From contig NZ_CANMZW010000021.1 of the NCBI RefSeq assembly GCF_947502445.1, positions 14,823-78,822 of the forward strand: a stretch of 64,000 nucleotides of DNA, given 5' to 3'. The position numbers and the translations under genes are program-made. Origin of the DNA: an uncultured Brevibacillus sp. (GTDB taxonomy: Bacteria > Bacillota > Bacilli > Brevibacillales > Brevibacillaceae). Positions 38,582 to 48,555 of this stretch are shown here, piece after piece (the first letter of the stretch is position 1; every line of letters starts with the position of its first letter). Under the pieces are notes generated by a model. It was not told where the DNA came from and ran no database searches. It saw nothing but the letters and a program-made list of their open reading frames with translations.

Positions 38582-39964
38582 ATGCAAACATACGATATCG
38601 CTGTTATAGGTGGAGGGCCAGCAGGGTATGTGGCTGCCATCCGAGCTTCCAAGGAAGGGAAGCGGGTCGCCCTGATTGAAGCAGACTTCGTGGGAGGGAC
38701 TTGCCTGAACCGGGGCTGCATTCCGTCGAAGACGCTGCTGCATAGTGCAGGTGTCATCGATCAAATTCGCAAGGCTTCCAGCTGGGGGATCGAGACAGGT
38801 GAGGTCACTGTTTCCCTGGAGAAAATGATGACTCGTAAAAATCAGGTCATCACACGACTAAGAACAGGAATCACGTCCTTGTTGAAGGCAGGAAAAATTG
38901 ATTTGCTCCAAGGCTTTGGCGAGGTGAATGCAGATAAAAGCATTCGCGTTCGGATCGGAGAAGAAGTCCAAACGATCCAGGCCAGCTCTATCATTCTCGC
39001 TACTGGCTCTACACCAGCGGTTCCGCCCATTCCGGGATTGGCAGATGTGCCTTTCTATACAAGCGATACGATTTTTGATATTGAACAGGTGCCAGAGTCC
39101 ATTGCCATTCTCGGCGGAGGATTCATAGGGGTGGAATTTGCCTGCATTTTTGCCAGCTTGGGTGCGAAAGTGACGATCGTCGAAATGGCAGATCGTCTTA
39201 TCCCTCTGGAGGATGCAGATGCATCAGGTGTATTGTCCAAATCTCTGCGCAGCAAAGGCGTTACCTTGGGGACTGGATTGAAGGTCACCTCGGTAACCAA
39301 AACGAGTGGGGGCATTCAAGTAAATGCCGAGAATACAAAGGGTGACACACAAGCGATTTCGTGTGAGGCTTTGCTCGTAGCAGTGGGGCGCAAACCGAAT
39401 TTATCTGCCTTTAGCCAGCTGAAGCTGGAGCTTAGTGGTCCATTTGTCAAAGTAAATGAATTTCTGGAAACAAGCGTCCCGGGAATTTTCGCTGCAGGTG
39501 ATGTGATCGGTGGATGGCAGCTCGCGCATGCTGCGAGTGCAGAAGGACAGACGGCAGCTATCAATGCAGCCGGTGGTAGGGAAAAAGTGAATGACAGAGC
39601 GGTCCCTCGCTGCATTTATACCCATCCTGAGATTTCGAGCGTAGGCTTGAGTGAGGAAGAAGCAAAAGCGCGTGGCTATGCTGTGAAAACGAGTGTCTAT
39701 CAGCACAGCGGAAACGGCAAGGCGGTGGCTTCTGATGAAAATGGCGGCTTTACCAAGCTCATTGCGGAAGAGACTTACGGTGAAGTACTGGGAATCGTGA
39801 TGGTTGGCCCTCATGTCACGGAAATGATTGCAGCTGGCACGGCGTTCTTGAGCTTGGAAGCAACTGTTGACGATGTAGCAGGAATGATTTACCCACATCC
39901 AACCGTTTCCGAGAGTCTGATGGAGGTTGCGGCAAAATGGTTGGGAAAAGGAATCCACTCCTAA
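38582..39964 (+). CDS. lpdA: Dihydrolipoyl dehydrogenase E3
   Basis: GGTCLNRGCIPSK, YPHPTVSE. Confidence 0.93.
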   Translation: MQTYDIAVIGGGPAGYVAAIRASKEGKRVALIEADFVGGTCLNRGCIPSKTLLHSAGVIDQIRKASSWGIETGEVTVSLEKMMTRKNQVITRLRTGITSLLKAGKIDLLQGFGEVNADKSIRVRIGEEVQTIQASSIILATGSTPAVPPIPGLADVPFYTSDTIFDIEQVPESIAILGGGFIGVEFACIFASLGAKVTIVEMADRLIPLEDADASGVLSKSLRSKGVTLGTGLKVTSVTKTSGGIQVNAENTKGDTQAISCEALLVAVGRKPNLSAFSQLKLELSGPFVKVNEFLETSVPGIFAAGDVIGGWQLAHAASAEGQTAAINAAGGREKVNDRAVPRCIYTHPEISSVGLSEEEAKARGYAVKTSVYQHSGNGKAVASDENGGFTKLIAEETYGEVLGIVMVGPHVTEMIAAGTAFLSLEATVDDVAGMIYPHPTVSESLMEVAAKWLGKGIHS

Positions 39965-39977
39965 AAAAAGATTACAT

Positions 39978-40031
39978 TTGACATGAAAACGGTTTCAATT
40001 TACAATTGTAACTGGTTAGAACATTTGTAAA
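39978..40031 (+). promoter_or_regulatory. SigA promoter with embedded cre and tandem operator B
   Basis: TTGACA-N17-TACAAT; TGAAAACGGTTTCA (cre-like) at 39984-39997; TTACAATTGTAAC-N7-AACATTTGTAAA at 40000-40031. Confidence 0.8.
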
Positions 40032-40044
40032 GAGAGGTGGTCAC

Positions 40045-40458
40045 TTGGCTTCTTGGGGATACGTTGTTCTGCTGTTTGCGGGGCTTTGGATATTACAGGT
40101 CGTCTTCACTCAGCTGCAATCCCGCCACTACTACCGGGAGTTACGCGAGATGCAACGGCAACCAAGCGGGTACCTGGGAGTCGGGGTGAACAAACGCCGT
40201 TTTGGAGTAGGTGCCGTCATCATTCTGGTAACGGATGTGCAGGGAAACGTAACGAATTGCAAGCGAATGTCTGGCATTAGCGTATTTTCCCGCTTTCGTC
40301 CGTATAATGACGCGATTGGAAAACCGATCGACAGCTTGTATGAAAGTGCGTCACAGCATCAGAAGCATCCGGTGCAAACGGCACTTCGAATGGCGATTGA
40401 CCAAATTCGGGGCGCGCAGGCCAAACAGCAGCAAGACAATCAACAACAAATTGGATAA
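40045..40458 (+). CDS. gutM: GutM/SrlM-like glucitol operon activator
   Basis: N-terminal TM, GxxGVG..G motif, position before srlA-like gene. Confidence 0.75.
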   Translation: MASWGYVVLLFAGLWILQVVFTQLQSRHYYRELREMQRQPSGYLGVGVNKRRFGVGAVIILVTDVQGNVTNCKRMSGISVFSRFRPYNDAIGKPIDSLYESASQHQKHPVQTALRMAIDQIRGAQAKQQQDNQQQIG

Positions 40459-40532
40459 AAATGTTGGGCCGCGGGCCAGATGGATGACCATCTGGTTTTT
40501 TTCGCATCATTTTCTAGGGGAGGTATGGGTAA

Positions 40533-41066
40533 ATGGACTTTTTTGTTCATCTTGCAGAGGGATTCATCGGCATGTTTCAAGAGGGGGGCAAGACCTTCAT
40601 CGGGCTGGTGACAGGCATCATCCCTACGTTGATTTGCTTGATCACAGCTGTAAACGCCTTCATCAAATTTGTGGGAGAAGAACGCATCGAACGGTTTGCT
40701 TCTAAATGCACCGGCAATATTATTTTGCGCTATACCCTCTTCCCGGTCTTATCCATGTTTTTCCTGACTAACCCAATGGCTTATACATTCGGCAAGTTTT
40801 TGCCTGAGCACCAGAAGCCAGCCTTCTACGATTCAGCTGTATCGTTCTGCCATCCGATCACAGGATTGTTCCCACATGCGAATGCGTCTGAGCTGTTCGT
40901 GTATATGGGCATCGCCACCGGAATCACTCAGCTTGGTCTGTCTCTTGGACCCCTCGCTATTCGCTACTTCTTGGTCGCGATTGTCATCATCTTGATTCGC
41001 GGTATTGTAACGGAATATATCACCAAAATGATGATGAAGCGCCGCGAGATGCAGGCAGCGGCATAG
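40533..41066 (+). CDS. srlA: PTS glucitol/sorbitol EIIC
   Basis: TGIIPTL, FLTNPMAYTFGKFLPE, FPHANASELFV. Confidence 0.88.
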   Translation: MDFFVHLAEGFIGMFQEGGKTFIGLVTGIIPTLICLITAVNAFIKFVGEERIERFASKCTGNIILRYTLFPVLSMFFLTNPMAYTFGKFLPEHQKPAFYDSAVSFCHPITGLFPHANASELFVYMGIATGITQLGLSLGPLAIRYFLVAIVIILIRGIVTEYITKMMMKRREMQAAA

Positions 41067-41088
41067 AAGCGGAAAGGGGAGACACAGG

Positions 41089-42111
41089 ATGAGCAACTAT
41101 CGTGCGGTGCAAGTAACAAAAGGGTCCAGCGGTTGGGGAGGACCACTTACGATCCTGCCGACGGATGAGAAACCATATATTGCTTCGATTACAGGTGGTG
41201 GCATTCACCCTGTAGCGGCGCAAATTGCTGAGCTGACAGGCGGTATTGCAGTAGATGGCTTTACCAACAAAGTAGAGCCTGATGAAATGGCATGCGTCAT
41301 CATTGACTGCGGCGGAACGGCTCGAATTGGTGTTTATCCTAAGCTGGGAGTCTTGACAGTCGACGTAATGGCATCGTCACCATCCGGACCGTTGATCAAC
41401 TTTATTAAGGAAACCAACTTTGTTTCTGGCGTAAAAGTGAACAACGTCGAACTGACGAATGAAGTAGCTGCGGCTGCTGTCAGCACAGCTGGCGATCAAC
41501 AAAAGAAATCGGCACAGGAGCTGAAGGCCGAAGCGCGTGCCAAAGTAGCGAGCATGCAAAGCAATCAGCCGCAAAGGAAAACCGGCTTCATCGAAAAAGT
41601 CGGTCGTTTGATGGGTGGGGTAGTCAGCACCTTTTATCAGGCCGGGCGCGACACAGTCGATCAAGTATTGCGCAATATTTTGCCGTTCATGGCTTTTGTC
41701 AGTACGCTGATCGGGATCATCCTGTTCACCGGAATTGGCGATGTCATGGCAAATATTATTAAACCACTGGCTGGGAATTTGATTGGTCTTTTGATCATCT
41801 CCATCGTTTGCGCACTTCCCTTCTTGTCTCCGCTGCTGGGGCCGGGTGCGGTTATTGCACAAGTCGTAGGCGTGCTGGTAGGGGTGGAAATCGGGCGTGG
41901 TACAATTCCGCCGCAACTGGCGCTGCCGGCTCTGTTCGCCATCAATCCTCAAGTTGGATGCGACTTTGTTCCGGTGGGATTGACACTGGGAGAAGCAAAA
42001 CCAGAGACGATCGAAGTGGGAGTGCCTGCCGTTCTCATGTCTCGCCAAATTACGGGACCGATCGCAGTCGTTATCGCTTATGTGGCAAGCTTTGGGCTTT
42101 ATACCGAATAA
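41089..42111 (+). CDS. srlE: PTS glucitol/sorbitol EIIB/C
   Basis: GWGGPL, IDCGGTARIGVYPK, SPLLGPGAVIAQ, QVGCDFVPVG. Confidence 0.88.
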   Translation: MSNYRAVQVTKGSSGWGGPLTILPTDEKPYIASITGGGIHPVAAQIAELTGGIAVDGFTNKVEPDEMACVIIDCGGTARIGVYPKLGVLTVDVMASSPSGPLINFIKETNFVSGVKVNNVELTNEVAAAAVSTAGDQQKKSAQELKAEARAKVASMQSNQPQRKTGFIEKVGRLMGGVVSTFYQAGRDTVDQVLRNILPFMAFVSTLIGIILFTGIGDVMANIIKPLAGNLIGLLIISIVCALPFLSPLLGPGAVIAQVVGVLVGVEIGRGTIPPQLALPALFAINPQVGCDFVPVGLTLGEAKPETIEVGVPAVLMSRQITGPIAVVIAYVASFGLYTE

Positions 42112-42132
42112 TTCATAATCAGGAGGGTACAC

Positions 42133-42498
42133 ATGAACACCTTGTTTTCCAGCACGATCGTTTCCATCGGAGATTTGGTTCCAGATTTCCTCAAAGAGAA
42201 TACAGTGATTCTTTTCAATGAAGATGCTCCAGATGAGCTGCGCGATATTGCCGTGCTGCACACCAAATCCGAGCAATTCGTAAGCATCGAGCCAGGCGAC
42301 ATTTTCCAGATCGGTGACCTGCAGCTACGGGTTACATCAGTCGGAGAAAAAGCAAACGAAACCCTACAAACCATTGGTCATTGCACTGTGAAAGCGGATG
42401 GAAGTGCTGCCCCGCAGCTGCCTGGGATGATTCATGTCGAAGACGCTACCCTTCCTTCTTTAGAGATTGGGGTCAAAGTTGCCTTTTTCCGTCCGTAA
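42133..42498 (+). CDS. srlB: PTS glucitol/sorbitol EIIA
   Basis: ILFNEDAPDEL, VGEKANETLQTIGHCT. Confidence 0.88.
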   Translation: MNTLFSSTIVSIGDLVPDFLKENTVILFNEDAPDELRDIAVLHTKSEQFVSIEPGDIFQIGDLQLRVTSVGEKANETLQTIGHCTVKADGSAAPQLPGMIHVEDATLPSLEIGVKVAFFRP

Positions 42499-42537
42499 AT
42501 CACAACATCTACTATACAAAAGAGAGGGAGAGACACC

Positions 42538-43827
42538 ATGTTGGGATTCAATAGACGACTGGCAGCATTAGAGAAAGAGGGAGGCTGCATTCGCGTCGGT
42601 CTGGTCGGTGCTGGCCAAATGGGTCGGGGGCTGATCTCACAAATCGAAGGAATGAAAGGGATGTCCGTGGTAATCACGGCTGACTTGTTCCCTGAGAATG
42701 TAAAAGCCGCCTATCGCAAGGCAGGAGTACCTGAAAGCCGAATCACGGAAACGCAAGACCTCGACAAAGCGGATAAGGCGATCGCTTCTGGTCATTCGGT
42801 TGTAATGACAGATGCAGAGCTGATTCCTCAACTGGCGAATGTCGATGTGATCGTCGATGCGACTGGGATGCCGGAGATTGGTGCCAAGGTCGCATGGGAA
42901 GCGATCCGACATAAGAAGCATATCGTTATGCTGAACGTCGAAGCAGATATCACCATCGGACCACTCCTGAAGCAGCAGGCCGATGAAGCAGGTGTTATCT
43001 ATACAGGCTCGGCAGGGGATGAGCCTGGCGCGATTATGGAGCTCCATGACTTCGCAGACGCATTGGGCTTCGAGATTGTTGCTTTGGGAAAAGGAAAAAA
43101 CAATGCCTTGAACGTCCACGCCAATCCAGACACAGCTCGTGCAGAAGCCGCTCTAAAAGGATCGAGTCCCAAAATGCTTGCATCGTTTCAGGACGGAACC
43201 AAAACAATGGTGGAAATGACAGCAGTAGCCAATGCCACTGGATTTGTTCCTGACATTCCTGGTATGCATGGACGAAAAGCTCGATTGGAAGAACTGCCAG
43301 GTCTCTTCTCACTTGCTGAACAGGGCGGTATGCTTGGCCGCACAAAGATTGTCGATTATGTGGACGGTGTTGCCCCAGGCGTGTTTGCGATTATTTCCTC
43401 CGCGATGCAAGAAGTGCATGACACCATGAAATATCTGAAAATGGGCGCGGGTCCAAATTACGTCCTGTATCGCCCGTATCATTTGACTAGCTTGGAAACT
43501 CCTTTGTCTATTGCACGCGCGTATTTGCAGAAGGAAGCAACAATCGCCCCTTACTACGGCATGGTAGCAGAGACCGTAGCGGTAGCAAAGAAACAGCTGA
43601 AAGCCGGAGATGCGATGGATGGTATCGGTGGATTCTCCGCTTATGGCAAGATTGTGTCAGCAGCAGACAAGCGTGAGCAGAACGCATTGCCAATCGGCTT
43701 GATTGGGCCACACATTCGCTTGAAAAAAGATGTGGAGCAAGGAACCATTATTACTCTGGATGATATTGAATTTACCGAGCAAACCACTATTCTGCGACTG
43801 CGTGAGCAAATGGATAATGGGAATTAA
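42538..43827 (+). CDS. NAD(P)-dependent oxidoreductase with C-terminal SAF domain (homoserine-dehydrogenase-like)
   Basis: VGAGQMG, VDATG, NVEADITIG, GDEPG, DGTKTMVE, LYRPYHL, AVAKKQLKAGDAMDGIGG. Confidence 0.85.
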   Translation: MLGFNRRLAALEKEGGCIRVGLVGAGQMGRGLISQIEGMKGMSVVITADLFPENVKAAYRKAGVPESRITETQDLDKADKAIASGHSVVMTDAELIPQLANVDVIVDATGMPEIGAKVAWEAIRHKKHIVMLNVEADITIGPLLKQQADEAGVIYTGSAGDEPGAIMELHDFADALGFEIVALGKGKNNALNVHANPDTARAEAALKGSSPKMLASFQDGTKTMVEMTAVANATGFVPDIPGMHGRKARLEELPGLFSLAEQGGMLGRTKIVDYVDGVAPGVFAIISSAMQEVHDTMKYLKMGAGPNYVLYRPYHLTSLETPLSIARAYLQKEATIAPYYGMVAETVAVAKKQLKAGDAMDGIGGFSAYGKIVSAADKREQNALPIGLIGPHIRLKKDVEQGTIITLDDIEFTEQTTILRLREQMDNGN

Positions 43828-43947
43828 ATAGGTAGAGGGGAAGGAAGGCATGAACATGTCTTCCTCTTTCCTTTCTATAAAGAGGAACAAATCTGTTATA
43901 ATATGTAACGTAGAAGAGCATAGTAACGTTTTTAATGAGGGGTACGT

Positions 43948-44922
43948 ATGGATAACTGGACAGAAAAACGCGAAATGGTACGAGTCGCAAAATTATACTA
44001 TTTGACTGGACTCACACAGGCAGAAATTGCTAAAAAGCTGGGCGTTTCCCGTCCGGTGATTTCCAAGATGCTGCAGCGTGCCAAAGATACCGGCATCGTA
44101 GAAATTTATATCCGTGATGAAACGATGAGTATGGTGGAGCTGGAGCAGCAGCTGGAAGCAGCACTACGTCTGGATGAAGTCATTGTAGTCCCGTCATATG
44201 GGAACAAAAATGAAGAAGTGATCAAACAACAAGTTGCCAAAGCAGCTGCCCAGTACCTGCCCAAGTGGATTCGCAACAAACGGAGGATTGGAATCTCTTG
44301 GGGGACAACACTGTACCACCTCGTTAATGAATACCCGTTTGAGAGACACCATAAGATGAAAGTATACCCTCTGGTAGGCGGGATCGGCCGTCAGCGAATC
44401 GAAATTCACTCTAATCAGCTCGCCTATGAATTTTCAAAAAAATTGGGTGCAAGCTGTGAGTTTCTTTATGCTCCAGCTATCGCAGATTCTATGGAGCTAA
44501 AAAGACAGCTGGTAGACTCTCCGGACGTTCGCTCGATTTTGGAGGAGGCTCGACAAGTAGAGCTTGCCATCGTCGGGATTGGCAATCCGTATGAATCGAC
44601 CATGACAGAAATGGGATATCTTAAGGAAGAGGATCTTTGTCAATTGCAGGAAGGCAAGGCGGTTGGGGATATCAGTTCACGCTTTATCGATAAAACCGGT
44701 AAACCCATCCATAACGATTTGAATAATCGCGTCATCGGGATTGAGCTGGACGAACTGAAGCATATTCCAACCGTCGTGGGAGTCGTTTCTGGAAGCAATA
44801 AGCTGGACGCGGTTTGGGCCAGTTTGCAAGGCAATTATTTCGATAAGTTGATCATAGACGAATATTTGGCAGAAGTGTTATTGGAAAAGGCGAAGGAGGT
44901 GAGCATAAGTGAAAGAGGATAA
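43948..44922 (+). CDS. SorC/DeoR sugar-binding transcriptional regulator
   Basis: LTQAEIAKKLGVSRPVISKML; ISWGTT, VGIG, AVGDI. Confidence 0.9.
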   Translation: MDNWTEKREMVRVAKLYYLTGLTQAEIAKKLGVSRPVISKMLQRAKDTGIVEIYIRDETMSMVELEQQLEAALRLDEVIVVPSYGNKNEEVIKQQVAKAAAQYLPKWIRNKRRIGISWGTTLYHLVNEYPFERHHKMKVYPLVGGIGRQRIEIHSNQLAYEFSKKLGASCEFLYAPAIADSMELKRQLVDSPDVRSILEEARQVELAIVGIGNPYESTMTEMGYLKEEDLCQLQEGKAVGDISSRFIDKTGKPIHNDLNNRVIGIELDELKHIPTVVGVVSGSNKLDAVWASLQGNYFDKLIIDEYLAEVLLEKAKEVSISERG

Positions 44923-44923
44923 A

Positions 44924-45232
44924 ATGAGAACGACTCTGTTTTGTGACACTTGTATGGATGATACTGAACATGAAGTAACCTATGTAGATAAAATCCTGTA
45001 TCAGATTCGTTGTGTGGAATGTGAAAAATCACATTCGCGCGGATCAGAAATACAAAGAGAGCTTTACATGAATTATATGGAACGAGTCTTTAGCAAGCCA
45101 AAACGCTTCAAAAACGAGGCTGGGGAAAACTTACCTCATTTCCTGTTTTCACTCCCTTATCGTGTGATGAGCAAGCCTTTTCGTACCTACAAGGAAATTA
45201 AAAACATGTTTAATTATAAACGGAAAATTTGA
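44924..45232 (+). CDS. Hypothetical protein with two CxxC motifs
   Basis: CDTC and CVEC; 1 nt after the regulator stop. Confidence 0.7.
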   Translation: MRTTLFCDTCMDDTEHEVTYVDKILYQIRCVECEKSHSRGSEIQRELYMNYMERVFSKPKRFKNEAGENLPHFLFSLPYRVMSKPFRTYKEIKNMFNYKRKI

Positions 45233-45690
45233 GGAGAAACGCAAAAAGGGGCTGTCCAGAAAGTCGGATTATCTGACCTTCTGGAGCCTTTTTTATCGAA
45301 AGCCCCGGCTCGTTTTTTTGAGAAGAACAAAGCGATCATGCAAGGTTAACAAAACAAAAGCACAGTATTCGACGAGCTTCCCACTCGTTTGGATGCTGTG
45401 CTTTTGCCTGTTTGCCGTGTAAATCATTCCGAACTACTCAAGTGACGCAAGCATCATTTTGACAGCATTATCGATAAAGGCTCGGTTTGTGTATCAATGG
45501 CGAGAGCGCTTAATCCTTGCGAGATATTGCCAGTTAGAGCAAAAACGTGATATGCTTTTGTTAGGTAAAAGATAACGATCTGCTCACTGTAATCCTGGGA
45601 GCCTGATGATTGATGCTGGGAAACCGCGTCATGATCAGGCTCCTTTATGCTTTTATTAGGGCCATTATTTGCCTTAAATAAGCATAAGGA

Positions 45691-46950
45691 GTGAAGAGAG
45701 TGGGAGAAATTTTCAGGAATCGCAATTTTCGCAGGCTGTTCTTTTCTAATTTGTTTTCGGGGTTTGGGCAGGGGATGACCATGATTGGGATATCGTGGTA
45801 TCTGGTAGAGTCGACGGGCTCGGCTAGTTTGCTTGGCTCTACAATGCTTTTTTCCTCCATATTGACGCTTCTCGTGGGACCTTATTCGGGTACGTTGGTT
45901 GACCGTTTTTCGCGTAAGACGATTTTACAAATGGAACAGCTGGGTGGCTTCGCAGTACTGGCGCTTTTGGCCGTTTGGGGATTTTGGGGGAGTTATCACG
46001 AGTGGATGCTGGTTCTGCTTTATATGGCGACGTTATTCATGTTTCAGATTCATGAGCCAGCACAGGCTGCCTTTGTACAGGAGACATTCGCTCCCAAGCA
46101 TTACAAGGCGATCAACTCTTCACTGGAGATTGAGAATCAAACGGCATTGGTTTTAGCAGGAGGATTCGCGGGAATTATTTTGGGGAAATTCGGACTGCAT
46201 GTAGTACTGCTGTTCAATGCTTTCACGTACTTGATTGCTTTTATGATGCTGTCAGGAATTGACTACGTTTTTACACTGGGCAAGCAAACGGAGAAATCCC
46301 CGCGAACGTCTTGGGTAGAGCAATTTTATCAAAGCTGGGTTTATATCAGGGAGAGAAGAGGATTTATGATCTTCGGGGTTTCCGCTCTGGTACCGTTCAT
46401 AGCCGTTATGCTGGCGAATCTGTTGAATCCGATTTTTGTGAGTCAGGTTTTGCGAGAAGATGTGAAGATTTATTCGCTTGGAGAGGTGACGTATTCGATT
46501 GGTGCCGTAACAGCTGGTATTATGCTTGCCTGGTTTAGTAGAAAGCTCGGAGCTTTTTCGTACATGGTGCTGAATTATGTGTTCATGGCGATTGTGTTTG
46601 TTTTGACTATCGCTATACCAAACGGGTGGGTGTTTGTACTGCTGTCTGCTTTTATCGGATGGTGCAATGTTTCAACCCGGCTGATCCGACAGACCTTGTA
46701 CATGGAGCTGCTGCCCAATCGTTTTATGGGGAGGGTCATGAGCTTTTTTAAATCAATCGGCACACTGATGAGACTTTTGCTGCTGTCTCTGTTCACAGTC
46801 ATGCTTGACTCTACGGGAGCGCAAGCAGGATACGTTGTGCTCGCCAGCTTTTTAATCATAGCAGCTCTCGGAATTGTCTTTTCTATGCGCCTGTTGATGA
46901 GACAGGTAGACAAAGCTGAGACGGTGACAGGTCAGGGGTCTGTGGAGTAA
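45691..46950 (+). CDS. MFS transporter
   Basis: GTLVDRFSRK motif A; about 12 TM helices. Confidence 0.9.
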   Translation: MKRVGEIFRNRNFRRLFFSNLFSGFGQGMTMIGISWYLVESTGSASLLGSTMLFSSILTLLVGPYSGTLVDRFSRKTILQMEQLGGFAVLALLAVWGFWGSYHEWMLVLLYMATLFMFQIHEPAQAAFVQETFAPKHYKAINSSLEIENQTALVLAGGFAGIILGKFGLHVVLLFNAFTYLIAFMMLSGIDYVFTLGKQTEKSPRTSWVEQFYQSWVYIRERRGFMIFGVSALVPFIAVMLANLLNPIFVSQVLREDVKIYSLGEVTYSIGAVTAGIMLAWFSRKLGAFSYMVLNYVFMAIVFVLTIAIPNGWVFVLLSAFIGWCNVSTRLIRQTLYMELLPNRFMGRVMSFFKSIGTLMRLLLLSLFTVMLDSTGAQAGYVVLASFLIIAALGIVFSMRLLMRQVDKAETVTGQGSVE

Positions 46951-47225
46951 GGGTAAAGGTGGGAGATTATCCACGATAGAATAGCTCCTCACCAGGGAGG
47001 GGCTTTTAGGTAAAAAGCGCCTCGATGGGCGCCTTTTACCTAGTGCATTATTTTCGTTTGGCATTAGCCAGAAACTCATCCAGATACGCTCTGACAGGCG
47101 GCGACAGTCGTTCCTTCTTCATTTGTAAAGTTTGGAATTCTCGTTATATCCATTATACGATACGCTGCATTTCATAGAGGCAACAAAAAAGCCAGGGGAG
47201 GCCCCTGGCTTTACTCCATTCAGCG

Positions 47226-48278
47226 TTACTGTTTCGGACTTACGAGAATTTTAACCTGATTTTTTTCTTTTAGCAAGGCTTCAAAGCCATGCTCCACGAT
47301 ATCGTCCAGCTTGATTCGTTGGGTGACCAGCTTGTCCGCTGGGAAGAAGCCTTTTTCCATCAAGCTGATTACAGCAGGGAACACGTCACGATAACCGATG
47401 ATGCCTGTCATGTTGCGTTCTTTCATGACGATGTGGTTCGGTTTGATTGGCGCTTCTCTTTCAAAGATGCTGACGATCATGATTTGTCCTGCAATTTTGG
47501 TGGATTCGATGGCTTGGGTGAGGACTGGTGGTACACCGGTTACCTCAAAAGCGATGTCGGCACCGCCGTTTGTGCGGTTGTGAATTTCTTGAACGACGTC
47601 GTATTCTTTTGGATCGATGACGATGGCGCCCAGTTCTGCTGCTTTTTGTTTACGCTCTGGAGAGAGCTCAACAGCATAAATTTCTGCGGCACCAGAAGCT
47701 TTCAGTGCTTCGATGACGAGCAAGCCGATTGGACCTGCACCGAATACGACTGCTTTATCGCCGACTTTCAGCTGACTGGAACGAACTGCATAAAGAGCGA
47801 CAGCAGATGGCTCGACGAGAGCACCTTGTTCATAGGAGAGGCTGTCTGGAATTTTGTGAACCATATGCTCATCAGTAGCAACGTATTCGGAGAAGCCACC
47901 GCCGCCACCTGCCAGACCGAGGAAGCCCATTTTTTCGCAAAGATTGTATTTGCCTTGTTTGCATGCTGGACATGTGCCGCATGCGAAAACTGGTTCTACA
48001 ACGACACGATCGCCAACCTTGATCGAGGTTACATCTTCCCCGATTTCTACGACTTGTCCGGAAAATTCATGTCCCATCACGATCGGTGCTTTTTCGCCTG
48101 TCAGTGGATGAGCTGTGCCTTCAGGAATGAAAATCGGGCCAGCTACGTATTCATGCAGGTCACTACCGCAAATACCGCACCATTCTACTCTGATTTTTAC
48201 TTTTCCTTTGAGGGCCTGAGGCTCCGTAATCGTTTCCAATCGCAGGTCTTTCAAACCATGCCAGCGCAACGCTTTCAT
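47226..48278 (-). CDS. bdhA: 2,3-butanediol dehydrogenase (Zn-MDR)
   Basis: MKALRWHG, CGICGSDLHEY, GHEFSG, CGTCPACKQGKYNLC, GGGGGFSEY. Confidence 0.85.
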   Translation of the reverse strand: MKALRWHGLKDLRLETITEPQALKGKVKIRVEWCGICGSDLHEYVAGPIFIPEGTAHPLTGEKAPIVMGHEFSGQVVEIGEDVTSIKVGDRVVVEPVFACGTCPACKQGKYNLCEKMGFLGLAGGGGGFSEYVATDEHMVHKIPDSLSYEQGALVEPSAVALYAVRSSQLKVGDKAVVFGAGPIGLLVIEALKASGAAEIYAVELSPERKQKAAELGAIVIDPKEYDVVQEIHNRTNGGADIAFEVTGVPPVLTQAIESTKIAGQIMIVSIFEREAPIKPNHIVMKERNMTGIIGYRDVFPAVISLMEKGFFPADKLVTQRIKLDDIVEHGFEALLKEKNQVKILVSPKQ

Positions 48279-48335
48279 AACGGTCATCTCCTTGTTGGGC
48301 TAGAGGATTATATATGAAATTCAGAAAGAGAAATA

Positions 48336-48347
48336 GGAAACGTTTCC
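48336..48347. promoter_or_regulatory. LacI-type/cre palindrome between bdh and the LacI gene
   Basis: Perfect palindrome GGAAACGTTTCC; variant GAAAACGATTCC at 48518-48529. Confidence 0.6.
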
Positions 48348-48555
48348 GAAATAAATATGTCATAACTTTGACATATTGTCAAATCGCTATATGTGTGCAA
48401 AAAGTCAAATAGTGTGTTGCTCGCAGATGCTTCGTAGACGTGCAGCCAGCTTTGCGATCAGGTCACGGAGATATGGTATAATCAACTAAAGAAAGCTTAC
48501 TTTGAATCGAAAAAACAGAAAACGATTCCGAGATGGAAAGGATCTCTACCATACG

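Noticed and set aside
41377-42276. 299-aa minus-strand ORF
   Set aside because: Antisense shadow of srlE/srlB.
45245-45420. GGGCTGTCCAGAAAGTC.. hairpins as an IS end or MITE
   Set aside because: No transposase, no paired terminal repeats or target duplication visible; adequately explained as terminators or a common intergenic repeat.
47289-48317. 342-aa plus-strand ORF fully overlapping bdh
   Set aside because: Codon-register antisense ORF typical of dehydrogenase genes; no RBS or family motifs.
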